A stretch of DNA of 64,000 nt from Piromyces finnis finn. Its lineage: Eukaryota > Fungi > Neocallimastigomycota. A model generated the notes under the pieces. That model had not been told where the DNA came from, did no database searches, and saw only the letters and a program-made list of their open reading frames with translations. Shown here piece after piece: positions 26,514-41,056 of the stretch. Both the position numbers and the translations under genes were made by a program. The stretch's first letter is position 1, and every line of letters begins with the position of its first letter. The stretch spans positions 310,001-374,000 of the forward strand of contig MCFH01000026.1 in assembly GCA_002104945.1 (NCBI GenBank), given 5' to 3'.

Positions 26514-27040
26514 AGATGACTTTTAATACAACAACAACAGCAACAACAACAGCAACAACAATAATAAAAAAAAAAAAGGATAAAAATCAATACCCATTCT
26601 CCTTTTTATTATATTAGTAAATACATTTTCATAATCTTTTTTAAAAAAAATGTTACAAAAAAATTAATTCAAAACACTCAATAAACTTATAAATATTTTA
26701 AGTATATATCAACACAAAAAATATTAAAACTTTAAGGATTTTTTTTTTTGTTATTTTCTTTATTTTTATTTTTTTTTCGTTATTTGCAAAAATAATATTT
26801 TGAATATAATAATAGGAAACCTATTATTATTAAAAACTATATTACAATAATAATCGTTATTATTATTATTATTTTTTTTGTATTGAATTATTATTTTCTT
26901 CTTGTTTTTAAAAGTAGTTTTACATTAATTATTCTTTTGGGAAAAAAAGATTTTTTTTTTTTTCTATTTTTCCTTGTTTCTTTTTTTATGATTTACTTAT
27001 ATTTTCATAAGTCGTGGGGCTATACTATTAAAGAAGGTGT

Positions 27041-27840
27041 TTACTTCTTTTTAGCAGCAGCAGCAGCTTGCTTTTGACGCATGATTTCAGCATCCCTATT
27101 TTATTAATGTCCATAAATTGATTTTATTTTATAAAATTGGGAGGAAGAGAGAATTTTTTATTTTATTTTTTATTATTTTTGATATTTTTTTTTTTATTTT
27201 GAAAAGATAATATTTGATTATAAAAATTATTTGATGAAGAATAAATTTATTAAAATAATAATAATTATAATAAGAATAATGATAATAATAAAAAAAGGTT
27301 AATTATTTACTTTAGAATAGATATTTTTCTTTTTTTTCTTTTTAACTTACTTTTCTTTTCTTTGAAGGTTAGATAAACCATCGTTCTTATTACCCTTCTT
27401 GTTTTGTTGTTGCTTCTTTAAGTTCTTTTCTCTAGCCTTTTCTCTTTGGTTACCACCTTTGTTTTAAAACAATTTATAAATTATTATTATTTAGAAAATA
27501 GATATTTGTATGAATATAATTATTATTTCTTTCTTAAATTTACATATAAAATAATAATAATCATAATAAAAAAGAAATTGATTTTAAACAAAACCATCCA
27601 AATGAAATTTTCTACTATTTTTTTTTTTTTTTTTTTTTAAATCTAATCATTTTTTATGATTTGTTACATCCAAGTCAAATTTATTAAATAGCTCTTTAAA
27701 AAATAAAAAATTACATATATATATACTACTATTTATTTATAAAACATTTCATACATATTTATATATTTATTTAATTTTAAATATTAAAACATTAAATAAA
27801 AAAAAAAGGTTTCAATCTATTTTAAATACTTACGAGTCAT
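27041..27840 (-). CDS. SERF: SERF/4F5 family small protein, 55 aa, 3 exons
   Basis: Exons 27840-27834, 27456-27351, 27095-27041 give [55 protein letters not shown], matching the SERF pattern MxRGNQRexaRxkN..K ...D.eIMr.KQ. Not in the ORF track. Confidence 0.92.
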
Positions 27841-29255
27841 TTTTAATAAATATTTATATTAATAAATAAAAATTATAAAGTATTTAAAGAAATAAAAAAA
27901 AATTTTTTTATATTTATTATGAAATGGTAAAAAAAAAAAAAATGATGATTCATTTCATGGAATGATCATTTTAAAAAGTAATGTGGCTAATGATCATTAA
28001 AACAAAACTGTTTATTCACATTTGAATCATTTGATCCTTTTTTAAAAGGATAAACATCGGTATTTCAAAATTTCAAAATTCTACTTTGTAGTAATGTATG
28101 GCTTGAAAACTAAATATTATTAATTTTTTTGGATGAATATAATCAATGTACATTATTTAATAAATCCTATCCAATAATATTACTACATATACTTTTTTAT
28201 TAAAATTTATAATTCTGTAAATTTCTTATTAAAATTGGTTATAATAACCAATCATTTTATGAAATAATATATGAGGGTTTGTTAGAAGAAATAAAGTTAA
28301 ATGTTTCAATTTTGCTTTGGAAAGGAAGTGGTGGTTGGTAGTGATAGTGGTTTGTTGTAGGCATATATAAAAAAATAAAAGCTATTTGTAGGGGAGAAAT
28401 AAAATATTAAAACAATTTTATAGAGTATTTTTTTTTTTTTTCTTATACACATATAAATAAATATATATGTATGTATTTTTTTTTAAAAAAAAGAGTAGAT
28501 GTAAAAAAAAAAAATAGTAATAAATTAAATAGTCTTTATTTGATGATGATTAAAAATTAAAAGTTAGAAAATTTTATATTATTGAAAAAAGTAATATTTT
28601 ATTTTTTTTTTTTTTTATATTTTATATAAATAAAAAAGAGAAAATGCGTAATATTGAGATTAAAAATAGGTAAAGCTTAACGAGACTTTCTAATATTTAC
28701 TTACAATTCATGGTACAATTTAAACTTTCTTTATTCCTACTTTTTTTTTTTTTAAAAAAATACTTTATTTTTTTCTTAATAAAGTTTAAATAACATTTAA
28801 TTAAAATGTTACACTAAAAAAAAAAAACATTTTAAAAGTCTTTCTTTTTTTTTTAAAAATTGTTTTCTTTTTTTATTTACATGATAGGTATTATGTATGT
28901 ATATTATGTATTTGTATTATAAAATATATATAGAAAAAAAAAAAAAAAGTCAAGTTATTATTATAATAATTGGTATTTTTTCAAGACATAATTTATTATT
29001 CACTAGTATAAACTTTTTAAAACTTAAATATGAAATTCTATTATTATTTCCTTTATGGATTAAAAGTGTTTTATGTTTAAATAGTGTAATTTCTTATTCA
29101 TTTTTAAATATTCTGATTTTTTTTTTTTTATTTTAAAAAAATACTAGTTTAAATAATTAAATTATTCCGTCTTTTTTTTTTTTAAAGATCTATAATATGT
29201 ATAATGGTAAAAGAAAAATAAAAAAGTATGGATATATTATAAATATTTTCTAAAT

Positions 29256-30227
29256 CTAATAAACATCGTTAGTTTCGACAGGTAAGATACGATGTTTATT
29301 CTTGTATCTTTGAGATTCTAAGTTTTCATATTCAATATCATAGGTTTGCATTTCAACAGAATATCTATGAGCTTGGTAACTAAGATAGGACTATAATATC
29401 ATTGAAAAATAAATAAATAAATAAATAAAATGAATATAAATATATATATTTTTATCATTTATTATATATAATTTATAATTTATTATTTAATAATAAATGT
29501 TCATAAATATTTAAATGTTACTAAAAGTAAAAAGTTTACTTACTTGAACTAAAAGTTCAAAAATCATACCAATGATTTCTAATATAATAGAGTGCTTAAT
29601 GTTACCTTTACTACAGAAGGCTTTACGTTCAATAATGGTGACATAAATTTCTTCACATCTTTCAACAAGGTCATCCAAAAAGAAGAAATAGAATAAAACA
29701 AGGTAACAATAGTATGATGTTAAAACAGCAACGATAACCCATCTAGCAACATCAAAATATCTTATAAATGTAGTATGATTCTAATATATATAAAAAAATA
29801 AAATATATTTTGAACAAAAAACATGGTTAGCTATTTAAATATAAAGACATATAGATATGTTTTATCAATGATAAAATATTTACCTTGTAGGTTGCATATA
29901 TACCAAGACAACTAACACTTAATATACAAATATCAAATAAAGTTAAGACAGCACCAGTAAGGTTAAATGAAGAAGGTATTTTAATAGTTAACTATATAAT
30001 AATAATAATAATAAAAAATAACATGTTATATTAGAGTATTCTACAAGTATTTGGAATTAGTAATATTATAAAGTTATATTCTATAGGCTACTATTTGGAA
30101 TTAGTGATATTATAATTTTAAAAAAGATTTTACATACAAGTGTTAATGCTGAAATGATATACATTCCAATCTTTTGTGGAATGAAAAATAAGAATTTATC
30201 TTTAGCAAAACCCCACTTTGAATCCAT
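29256..30227 (-). CDS. small four-transmembrane protein (tetraspan-like), 189 aa, 4 exons
   Basis: Exons 30227-30138, 29991-29884, 29780-29544, 29390-29256 join in phase 0. Four hydrophobic segments; loop with two Cys (ERCEE...AFCS). Not in the ORF track. Confidence 0.75.
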
Positions 30228-31234
30228 TTTTTATGGTTGTTTTATGTTGAAAATAGTTCTTTTGTAGAAATTGTGTGTGAATATATTTTTACAAATTATA
30301 AAATTAATTATATTACTATATTTAATAAAGTATATGTATATATATATAGTAATATAATAATATGAAGAGTATATATTGTTTCTCTAGTTTACAAAGAAAT
30401 ATACAAATAATTAAAAAAAAAAAAAGAATTGATTTACAATAGTAACTAATTCAATTCTACTACAAATTAAAATTACAAAAAAAAAATTGAAAAAAAAAAA
30501 AAAGTAAATTTAAATCTTTATTAAAAAAAAAAAATTTTTTTTATCCATCAATCTGCCGCAATCTCATATTTTAAACCCAAGATTTTCCTTTTTCCAACTT
30601 GTCATTATTAATTCATTTTTATTTTTTTTTATTTTTATTATTTCGTTATATTAAAAATAATTTCTAAAAATTAAAAATGAACTATTGATTATATTAATTT
30701 TATATTATTAGAATATTAAATTTTAATTTATTTACCGTTTTTTCTACCAATGAATGTACAGGAAAAAGATAATAATACCTAGTAATAATACTTCAACCAT
30801 AAATAAATTTAATGTATTTTTTTTTGGAAAACCATATATAATATGAAATAAATTAATAATAAATAAAGTTTAATATTTAACAAAGATAAAAATAATTAAA
30901 TATTTCTAAATATATAAAAACGGCCTATTAATCATCAATAGATTAAAAAATATACTTTCTATATATAGTATTATTTAAATTAAAATCACCATATATAGTA
31001 ATAAATAATGGATGTCATTTTTTAATTCAATAGATAAGAGAATTGGACTTACAATGAACTAGAATTCTTTATGAAAGGCAGATTTATCCTTTATTTAAAC
31101 TGCCTTGGAAGAATTCGTTATATAAACTTATTTAACTATTTGAATCATCAAAAGTAGTATATGTGTATGTATCATTTATTCAAAATAATGTAGAGTTTAA
31201 TTTTCATTTTTTTATTATTTTATATTTTTATCGT

Positions 31235-31404
31235 TGTTATTCCTAATTGGATTTGTTATTCCTAATTGAATTTGCTATTCCTAATTGAATTTATTATTCC
31301 TAATTGGATTTGTTATTCCTAATTGAATTTGTTATTCCTAATTGGATTTGTTATTCCTAATTGAATTTGCTATTCCTAATTGGATTTGTTATTCCTAATT
31401 GGAT
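31235..31404. repeat. 19-bp minisatellite, ~9 copies
   Basis: Unit GTTATTCCTAATTG(G/A)ATTT; TCCTAA recurs every 19 nt from 31241 to 31393. Confidence 0.93.
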
Positions 31405-31906
31405 GGTCAATACCTTTTAAAATCATTTATACTAGTTGAACGTAAAAAAAAAAAAAAACTAATTAAAAAAATACTTTTTTTTTTTTTTATCCATAATACA
31501 CAATAAAATTGTTTTCTTTTTATTAGTAATACACAATACACAATTATAAAGATGCTTAAAATTCAAAGTTATTATTTTATTGTATAAATGCTATTTAGCT
31601 TGTTATATATTTTAAAGATATTTAAAAATGTATCAATACATATATATTTTATTTATTAATACAATTCTTTATATTTTAATTTTTTTTTTTTTAAAAATAT
31701 TTAGATATTTTTGAAAAAAAAAAAAAAAAAGTAAAGAAGTTTATTTCTATTTCTATAATTTTCTATTTTCTATTTTAGGGATTTATAATTATTGATAAAA
31801 AAAAAAAAAGAAAAAAATAAAATTTAATATTATATTTTTTTTTTTTTTTTTTTTTTGAAATATTGTTGTTAATTATATTCATTTTTTTTTTTAAAAAAAA
31901 AAATAT

Positions 31907-33738
31907 CTAAGAATGACATTTAGAAGGAATACCACACCATTGATTTAATTCATATCCCCATGATCCATCGGAATCCTTTTCATAGACTTTACATCCTTGA
32001 CAACAGGTATAACCTAACTTTTCAGACCAACATTCTTCTTCTTCTTCTTCAGTTTCATTTTCTTCAAATGGAGTAAGTCCACACCATTCCTTACGCTTAA
32101 AATCATATCCCCAATCTCCATATTCATCATGACTGTAAACAATTGTAACCTTTGGTGGACAACATGGACTTCCTAATAATTCTGACCAACATTTATATTG
32201 ATTTTTAAATGGCTTAGATTCTTGATTGTTACCATTAGCTGCGTTAGTTGGTGTAGCTATAATAGTTGATGTGGTTTTTTGAACAGTGGTGGATTTTGTT
32301 GAGATTGTGGTTGTCGTAGTGATGGTTGGAATATTGACAGAAGTTTTATTTATTGTTGTATGATGTTCGGATTGACTCGTGGTGGTAGTTACCTTACTCG
32401 CAGGTGATGTATTTGTTGGTTGAGTAGATGTTTTAGTTTTTGTAATTGTTTTTTTGTTTGTAAAGGTGGTGGTTTGTTGGTCATCTTCAAATAGCGTAGT
32501 TGGTCCATCTTGTTCACCCAAAGCGGTGTCAAAATCGTCATTTTCAATAAAATCTGTTGGGATTTCAAAAAATGAATTATTTGACATGGTGTTTTCTTCT
32601 TCTTCTTCTTCCTCTTTAATATATTTAAATTTTTTTTCGTAATCTATAGCAAATTCTGATTTTCTAATGTTTCCTTGATATTCCACCTCTTCATCTATAG
32701 AATACTTATAATTTTCATCCATATAAACTGGATCACAATCCATACTGTAATAGGTACATAAGAATCGATATCTACCAAGAATCCAATATTTTAAACCAAA
32801 GGAATAATCCCATGTGGAAGATACAGTAGTAAACTCAGAGTTAGCATCCCAAACTGAATAAGAATAAAAGTCCCATCCAGATTCATTTATTCTACCTGGG
32901 TAATGGCCATCTTCGTCCATTTCTTTTTCCTTTTTTACATAAGGCCTGATTAAATCTTTTAATTCGTCAATGTGAGGGAAGAGTAAAGCAGGATTAAATA
33001 CTTTAGCGATGATATCTTGAACTATCTTATCAAAACGTTCTGTATTATCATTAATTAAAATATCAATGAGATGGACATCATTAATAAAATCAGAAAATCT
33101 ATAAATAGGATACATTTGATTTCCACTTAAATCCAAGTCAAAATCATAAGAAAGATAAAGCCACTTTCCATTTTTTTGTTTGTACATGAAATAATTATGA
33201 TCCGCTCTAAAATGATCCCATCCTCCAGTTAAAAAGTCAATGGCCATTTCTGTTAAAAATTGATCCACATCAAGAATCTTTTCAATTTCTTCAACACTAT
33301 TGGCTTGATCTAAGGATTGAATAAATGTATCCCATTCATTATATTCATCAACATCTTCATTTTCATTTTTGCAATAACTTTTTTCTGAAGTTAGTTTAGA
33401 TGCCTCACATTTATATAATGAAGTGGTATCCTTTTCTCCAAATTCATATTCTATCCATGATAACTTGTAGGAATCCATTAAAATGTATAACCCCATATAT
33501 TCTTCATTAATATATAATGTAACGTAATTTGCTGAAATTGATGGGACACCCAAACGATTATGAATATCTGCAACAAGTTTATCTCTTAATAAAGTTGGTT
33601 CCACTGTATCAGAACGAAGTTTAAATTGGGTACGACCAAATAAATCATCATTTCCACGAATTTTGAATTTGTATTGTGGTTTAGAGAACATACGAGAAAA
33701 GCGACCACTGATAGAGAAAGTAACTTTATTAAATGTTT

Positions 33739-33769
<31 letters not shown>

Positions 33770-36700
33770 ATTTTTATAATGATAATCAAAAAAATAAAAT
33801 TTGTTAATACTTATGGAAAAATTTTTTTTTATTCATAATTTTTTATAGTTTAAAAAATATTATAAAATGGAAAAATTTTATTTTATCCATATTTTTTTTT
33901 TTTTTCTATTTTAAAAAATATTATAATATCTTTTAAGTAGATGTGTTAATCAATTCATATAAAGCATGTTCGTTCAACTTACCCTTTAATTTCGGCAATA
34001 ATAGTAGCATTTTTAGTTTTAAAATCTTTATCATCATCGTCATCTTCTTCGATAATGGCATCGTAAAAACTGTAAGAAGGAAATAGGAGTTTATTTTCGT
34101 CAGTGGTTCTATGGGAATATAATCCATCCTCTTTTAAATACACAAATTTGAAAAAGGCTAATTCAAAAATAAAATCGTTATCTTTCCAGGAACCTTCAAA
34201 TGCTGTTCTATCGGACAAGTACTTTAAAATATGGAAATAATCAAAGGAAGTATTACTACGATATACAATAATTTTAAATTTTCCAGATTCACAATCCAAC
34301 TCATCTTCCTTTAGCGCAAAGTAATCTTCTTTATTATACACAAAATGACTTAATATTTCATCAACATTAATTTGGGAATAACCATAGTCATCAACTTCAA
34401 GTTCAGGTAATTCCTTGGAAAAGTTGATATTTGGGAATAGTTCGTTGAGGTTATTTTCCTTTAAATTCATAAGAGTATAACCGATCGTTCTGACGGTTAA
34501 TATAAATTGATGGTGCAATTCTTCGTATGAACTTTTTAAATAAGGAACATTTTCATAATAACGATTATAATAGATGAAATTATAATCATAATAAGATTTG
34601 TCAAATGAAAAGGTACCATCGTCATGAATAGTAACAAATTTATATAGTACTAATTCATGAAAGAGTAGATTATCGAATACCGAATTATCAAAAGTTGCTT
34701 CATTAGCAAGAGAAACAAGTATTTTCAGTAAATTAAATTTAGGATGACTTTGGAAGGTAATAAGTTTTGAAATAAAACTATCTTCTATATTTCCTTGTCT
34801 ACAATAGTAAATGTAATCTCTGGCATTAAATTCAAAACCATTTAGAGTTTCGTCTATATCTATGGAGGAATAACCATTTTTATTGACTTTTAATTCTGGA
34901 AATTTTGTATCAAAATCTGTAGTTGGAAAGAGTTCTTTTAAATTAAATTTTTTCAATAAGGCAATTGCATTTCTTATTTCAGTAAAATAGGAATTAAATA
35001 TTCCAAGTAAAATACCATTTCTTTCATCTTCGTTTAAGTAAGAATTATTAGCTCTTTGGTAAAAGAATTTGAATTCATTGTAAGCTTCTTTATCACATGA
35101 ATAACTACGACCATCATTATCTATACTACAATATTTAAACGGTACTAAATAACCTAGGATTCGAGAATCATTCATTGCACATGTAAAATTTGCATAATCT
35201 GCAAGTTTTATTGATACCTTTACAATATTGAAATCTTGATTACTTAAATAAAAGTATTGTTCAAGATCTTTAAATTCATAGTCAATATCTACTTCGGGAT
35301 AGTCATCAGTATTAATACTGTATCCATTGATAATGTCATCAATATCTATTTCTGAAAATCCTTCTTTATTAACCTTTAGTTCCGGCAATTCTTTTTCAAA
35401 ATCGAGCTTTGGAAATAGTTTGATTAAATTATTTCTTTTGAGTTCAGAAAGAATGTATATTATATGATCCATTATTTCCTTTAAATCGTATGAGAGTTCA
35501 TAAATATGATCATTGTATTCTTCATCATCTAAATTTTCAGTTGGAATCTTAGCTATGGATGAGGATGAAGAAGAATAATTTTCTTTTTCTTCATTTATAT
35601 TATAATAGGATTTACTTTCGGAGTTGTAGCCATTTTTATTAAAGATATACTTGTTGGAACCGTTCGTAGATACAAATTTATAATAGAATAATCTTCTTAT
35701 AAATTCATTATCTGATTTACTATTATGGAATGAAGTGAATTTCGCTAGGGTTGTTAAAACTTTTAATAAATCAAAATTTTTATTACTTTGATGAACCATG
35801 ATATTCAATTCAGAATAATCAAAGGCAATGTCACTTTCGTCATAATTTTCAAAATTAATGTCGAATCCTTTAATGAGAGTATCAATAGAAATATCGGAAA
35901 ACCCATCATCATTGATTTTTAATTCTGGTAACTTTTCTTCAACGTTAAAATCAGGATATAATTCTTTGAAATTATATTTTTTTAATAATCGAATTTCTCT
36001 TTTTAAGTTTTTACTAATATTTTCTAAATATTTATACAATTTATTCTTTCTCTCGTCAATTTTTGCATTATTTATATCCTTTAGATCTTCTGGGGCTTCA
36101 TAATCACGGTCTTCGTACGTATCTATGAATGATAAATAATTTTCTGAATCAAAATAATAATTACCATCTTCATCTTTTTTAACAAAATTGAAGTAGGATA
36201 ATCTTTCTACTAGTGTACTATCTACAGAAATGTTATTATAGGTTGTTAAACTGGCAAGTGTAGCTAAAATATCTAATAGTCTAAAATATTTGTTACTTCG
36301 GAGTACTTTTAATTTTAAATCCACAAATTTATATTCATTTTTAAGTTCTTCATCATAAAATTCGTCATTAAATTTAAATCCACCTAATACCTTTTCAATA
36401 TTATAATTACAATAACCTTTATCACTAATTTTTAATTCAGGAAATTCATCGGTTTTAAAATCTGGATATAACTTTACTATATTGTATTTCTTTAATAATT
36501 CTAGATAATATTTTGTAGTGTCCAAGAGATCGCTTAAATCAATGTACAAATTTTGAAAAAAAATTGGAAATGAACTTTCATTATTACCACTACCATACAC
36601 ATTTTTATTTGATTTTGCTTTTAACTTTAACATATCAAATTCATTATCTGGCATAGTAACTTTTATGACCGAAACTTCATTATCTGTTAATTCGAAAATT

Positions 36701-36958
36701 TCTGCTCTCTGTCCATTTTTAATAAAAGGTGTTGTCGTTCCTACAACATAATAGACTAATAATATTTTAAAAATATTTTATAAATAAAATTATAATAATT
36801 ATTTAGGCTTAACTGATATGTTGTAATATTATATATTTTAAAAACTTGAAAATCGTAAAATAAAAAAAGAAATATATATCGATAGTTTTTTTTTTTAAAA
36901 AAGAAAAAATAAATATATTACCATTAATTAAAGCAAATAGTATGAATAGAAACTTCAT
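31907..36958 (-). CDS. secreted CotH-family kinase with five tandem ~170-aa modules, S/T linker and two fungal dockerins; ~1549 aa, 3 exons
   Basis: Exons 36958-36922 (signal peptide MKFLFILFALIN), 36755-33983 and 33746-31907 total 4650 nt in frame. The splice joins DFKTKNATIIAEIKG|NKKTFNKVTFSISGRFSR. CotH motifs LRSDTVEPTLLRDKL, GWDHF..HNYFMY and YDFD. Dockerins CWSELLGSPCC..WCG and CWSEKLGYTCC..WCG. Confidence 0.88.
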
Positions 36959-39222
36959 TTTTTTTTCTTTCTCAGTGATTCTATTTTATATTTTTTTTTA
37001 TATCTAATCATTTTTTTTTTTTTTTTTTTAATGAAAATAAAAAAATGAACAATTTTAATTTTATTGAATCACATCAAGAATTGAAATTGTTAAAATTATT
37101 TGTCGTTTATTATAATTTATAATTTAACTTACTTTTGCTATTGTTTTTTTAGTATATATATATTTGTATTGTTATTTCTGTTTTAATTTGTTTGTGTTTT
37201 TAAATGTATTAAAAATTATTTTATTGCTATTTAATTTTATTAAATTGTTATAGTTTCTTATTATTTTTTCTTATAATTTAATAATGTGAAATTTATTGAA
37301 AATTTTCTCTTTTTATTTTAAGTATTTTATATTTTATATTTATTTATTTCATTGACTTTTATTATTTTTTTTTTAGCTTTTTCTTTATTTAATTTAGTAA
37401 TTGTAATTCCTTTTTGTAGAAATTTAAATTGTTAATTATTTTTTTATACTATTTTTTTTGTTTTAATTTTATTTTATATAATGATTTTTTTTCTTTTGTT
37501 TTTATATATATATATACATATAATATATATATATATAAATATATATTATTACTATTATTTTATTTTATTTTTTCAAATTATTAATTTTGACTTTAAGGAT
37601 TCATTTTATACCTTTTTGAAAAAGAGCTTAAAATCTATTTATTAAAAATAGATTTTTATATTTTACCTATTATAATTTAGTTTTATTAAATAAATTTAAG
37701 GATTTAATTTTTTAATATAATAAATTAAAAAAAAATGAATAAAAGGTTACACAAATCAATAGAATTAAAAATAAAGAAACTTTTGACGGAAAATAAAAAT
37801 TAATTAGTAATAATAATAATAAATAAAAAAAAAAAAAAACTTTTTTAAATATAAAGTAAAAAACTTGGCTTTGGTCATCCACTGGTTAATTGATCGGGTT
37901 TAAAGCCTTTTTTTTTTTTTTTTTTTACTAATTATTAGAAAAACTTTATTATTTTATCAAATGATGTTATTAAACCAACTTTTAAATGGTAATTATATAA
38001 TTATAATAATACATTGGGATATACTAAAGAATATATCTATTTGCATTTAGTTATATACTTTTCTGTATATTTGATAATTCAATTTAATTAAAAATATAAG
38101 AAATTAAGAGCGATTATTTGCATTAGTAAATTCATATTTTTAAAACTATTGAAACCTAGCTTATATACTTTATTGTGATGGTAAAGATATATTTTATTTT
38201 TAAATTCAATATACATCAATCTTGGCATAAAAACAGGATTATTATTAGTTGAAATAAAAATATAAATGGAATATATTACCTATATCTGAATTGAGAGTGA
38301 ATAAATGATAAATGGTATTATTCTTCTTTTGACATAAAACAATGGTGAATCAGCTCAAGTACCCATCTATTCATTTTTTTTTAAAAAAAAAAAGTAGTAG
38401 CTTTTTATGTTAAAAGTTGAGCTATATCAAAATTATAATAAATAAATTATAATAAATATCTATACACTATTCAAAATATTTACGTATATACACTAATTAT
38501 TTTGTCCATTTATACACAATTCTTGATTTAAAGACTTTTTAAAGTATAAAAAAAATATAAAATAGAAAAAGGTTAACACGAATTACTTTTAAAATTTAAT
38601 TCTAATTGAAAATAAATAAATTTACACATTGATAGCAAGAAATAAAAAAAAAGAAATATAAACTTTTATATAATGGATGCTATTTCGTAATTTATTTTTT
38701 TAATAGAATAATTCTTTTTACTTGTTATACATGAGATACTTTTTTTTTAAATTGTCAAATTTAATACATTAAAATTAATTAAAATGAGATACATTAATAC
38801 GTAATGTAATGTATCTAATAATGGATTTTTTTATTTAAATAAAAATGTTAAAAACCTCAATATTAAAAAAAGGATTTATAATTTTATCCAATCATATTGG
38901 AATATATTAAATTAAGCAATATATTATGAATATATTGTTACCTATTAAAATTTTAAATAACCAATAATAGAAAATAAAAAATAATTGAAAATTTCAAAAA
39001 AAAAAAAAAAAAAAACATTGAAATATAGAAGAAAAAAAGAAAAAGAATAAAATAATTATTTTATATTGAAAAACAATAGTTAATCATATTTATTAATATA
39101 TTAAAAACTATTGATACCATACACCCTTTTTTTTTTTTATTTAATTACTTTCAAATTTATTTCAATTTTAAAAATATAAAATTTAATAATTATTATTTAA
39201 AAAAAAGAAAAATAAAATAGTC

Positions 39223-41056
39223 ATGGATGTCGATTCAGCTTCAGAATTTTCAGAACAATCTGTTCAAACTCCATTATATACATGTTTAACTTGTAAAGTA
39301 GCTTTCCGTTCAGCTGATATTCAAAGAGAACACTATCGTCAAGACTGGCATAGATACAATCTTAAAAGAAAAGTAGCTGGTCTTCAACCAATTACATATG
39401 ATGTTTTTACAGAAAAAATTTCTGGTAATTATTATTTTATAATGATATTTTTTTAATAATATTTTCCCTTTTTTAAATACACATATATATTATTTTTATC
39501 TATTTATTCTGTACTGATATGTGCATACCTTTCATATATCTATATAATTGTTAATATTTTTTTATTGAATTTTAATTTAAAATTTAATAGCTCAAAATGA
39601 ACAATCAAAAGAAGAAACAAAATCAAATGGTTTTAATTGTGAAGCTTGCAAGTAATTATTCACAATGTTATAATATATCTATTATTATTATTATTACTTT
39701 TTTTTTTTTTAAAAAAAAAGTGGAATCAATATATATTAATATATTTTCAATATTTTTTTTTTTTTTAAAAAAAAACTAGAAAAACATTTAATACTGAAAA
39801 TGCTTTCAATAATCATAAAGTTTCCAAAAAACATTTAGAAAATGTTGCTAAATTTGAAAAGAGAAAGTCAAGTCAAAAAACAGAAAATAAAACTAATCTT
39901 GATAAGAAACAATCTATGCCAAGAATTAATTGGAAAAAGAAGCTTGCTGAAGCTCAAACTGAAGAAGAAGTTAATATGGTTATTGATGAAAAAATTAAAT
40001 TATCTAGAAGATTAGAAGAATTTGAATGTTTATTCTGTGACTTTAAGGGTACCACTTTAGAAGAGTATGTATACGAATCAATAATTTATTAAATCTATTT
40101 ATGAAATATAAAAATAATTAATGACATGTTATAATTATTAAAAAAATTATATATTTTAATATATAAATTGTCAACAACAACAACAACAACAACAATGATA
40201 ATAACAAAATAAATATGATTAAAACATGATACATTAAAAATATCAATTATAAAGAAAAATGGAACATATGACTCTTGAACATTCCTTCTTTATTCCAGAT
40301 ATTGAATTTTTAGTTGATTTAAAGGGTTTCATGAACTATTTAGCCGAAAAAATTGCTATTGGTAACACTTGTATCTATTGTAAAAAGTCTTTCAATACCT
40401 TGGAAGCTACCAGAAAGCATATTGTAAATATTATTATTATTATTTTAAGAAAAAAAGTGGCTATTTACGGATTCAAAAATTAATATTTTAATTTTTAAAA
40501 AATTAGTTAGATAAAAGTCATCAAAAAATTAGGTATGAAGAAGGTCCAGATTTAGAAATCTCTGACTTTTACGATTTCAGTTCTACCTATGATGATGATG
40601 TTAACCCAGATGAAGAACTTGATCCAAACTACAAGTAATTATCCTTTTTTTTTTTTTTTTATAAAATAGAAATATTAATTTTTTTTTTTTTTTAAATAAT
40701 GACTAATAAATAAAACTTTTTTTTTTTTTTTTAGTGTATTACAAATTACATCTGAAGGTACAGAACTTATTTTACCAAGTGGTGCTCATATTGGTCATCG
40801 TGAATATAAGAGATATTACGATCAAAACCTTCGTTACAACTACGAACCAGAATCTGTTGCTATTAATCGTCTTACTCAAAAATACAAGGCTCTCGGTTAT
40901 TACAATATTGGTAGTAGTGGTATGACAATTGAACAAGAACGTTTAGGTAAGATGAAGGCTGCTCGTGAACAATTAAGAGAATACCAAAGAAGAAAGGAAT
41001 CTCAAGGTATTAGAAATAACAAGTTACAAAAACACTTTAGAGCTCAAATTATATAA
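39223..41056 (+). CDS. REI1: pre-60S maturation factor REI1/REH1/ZNF622, 6 exons
   Basis: Exons 39223-39424, 39591-39651, 39780-40064, 40255-40423, 40507-40634, 40735-41056. Motifs YTCLTC...QREHYRQDWHRYNLKRKVA, HSFFIPDIEFLVDL.G, LILPSGAHIGHREYKRYYDQ, KHFRAQI. Confidence 0.93.

Noticed and set aside
31235-31404. CRISPR array
   Set aside because: Units are contiguous with no unique spacers, and the context is eukaryotic.
33979-36654. 891-aa ORF as an independent gene
   Set aside because: Its stop overlaps a canonical GTAAGT donor, and splicing in frame completes the CotH domain.
37860-38380. GC-enriched patches resembling a decayed transposase or an ncRNA
   Set aside because: Multiple stops, no catalytic motif, no terminal repeats and no convincing stems.
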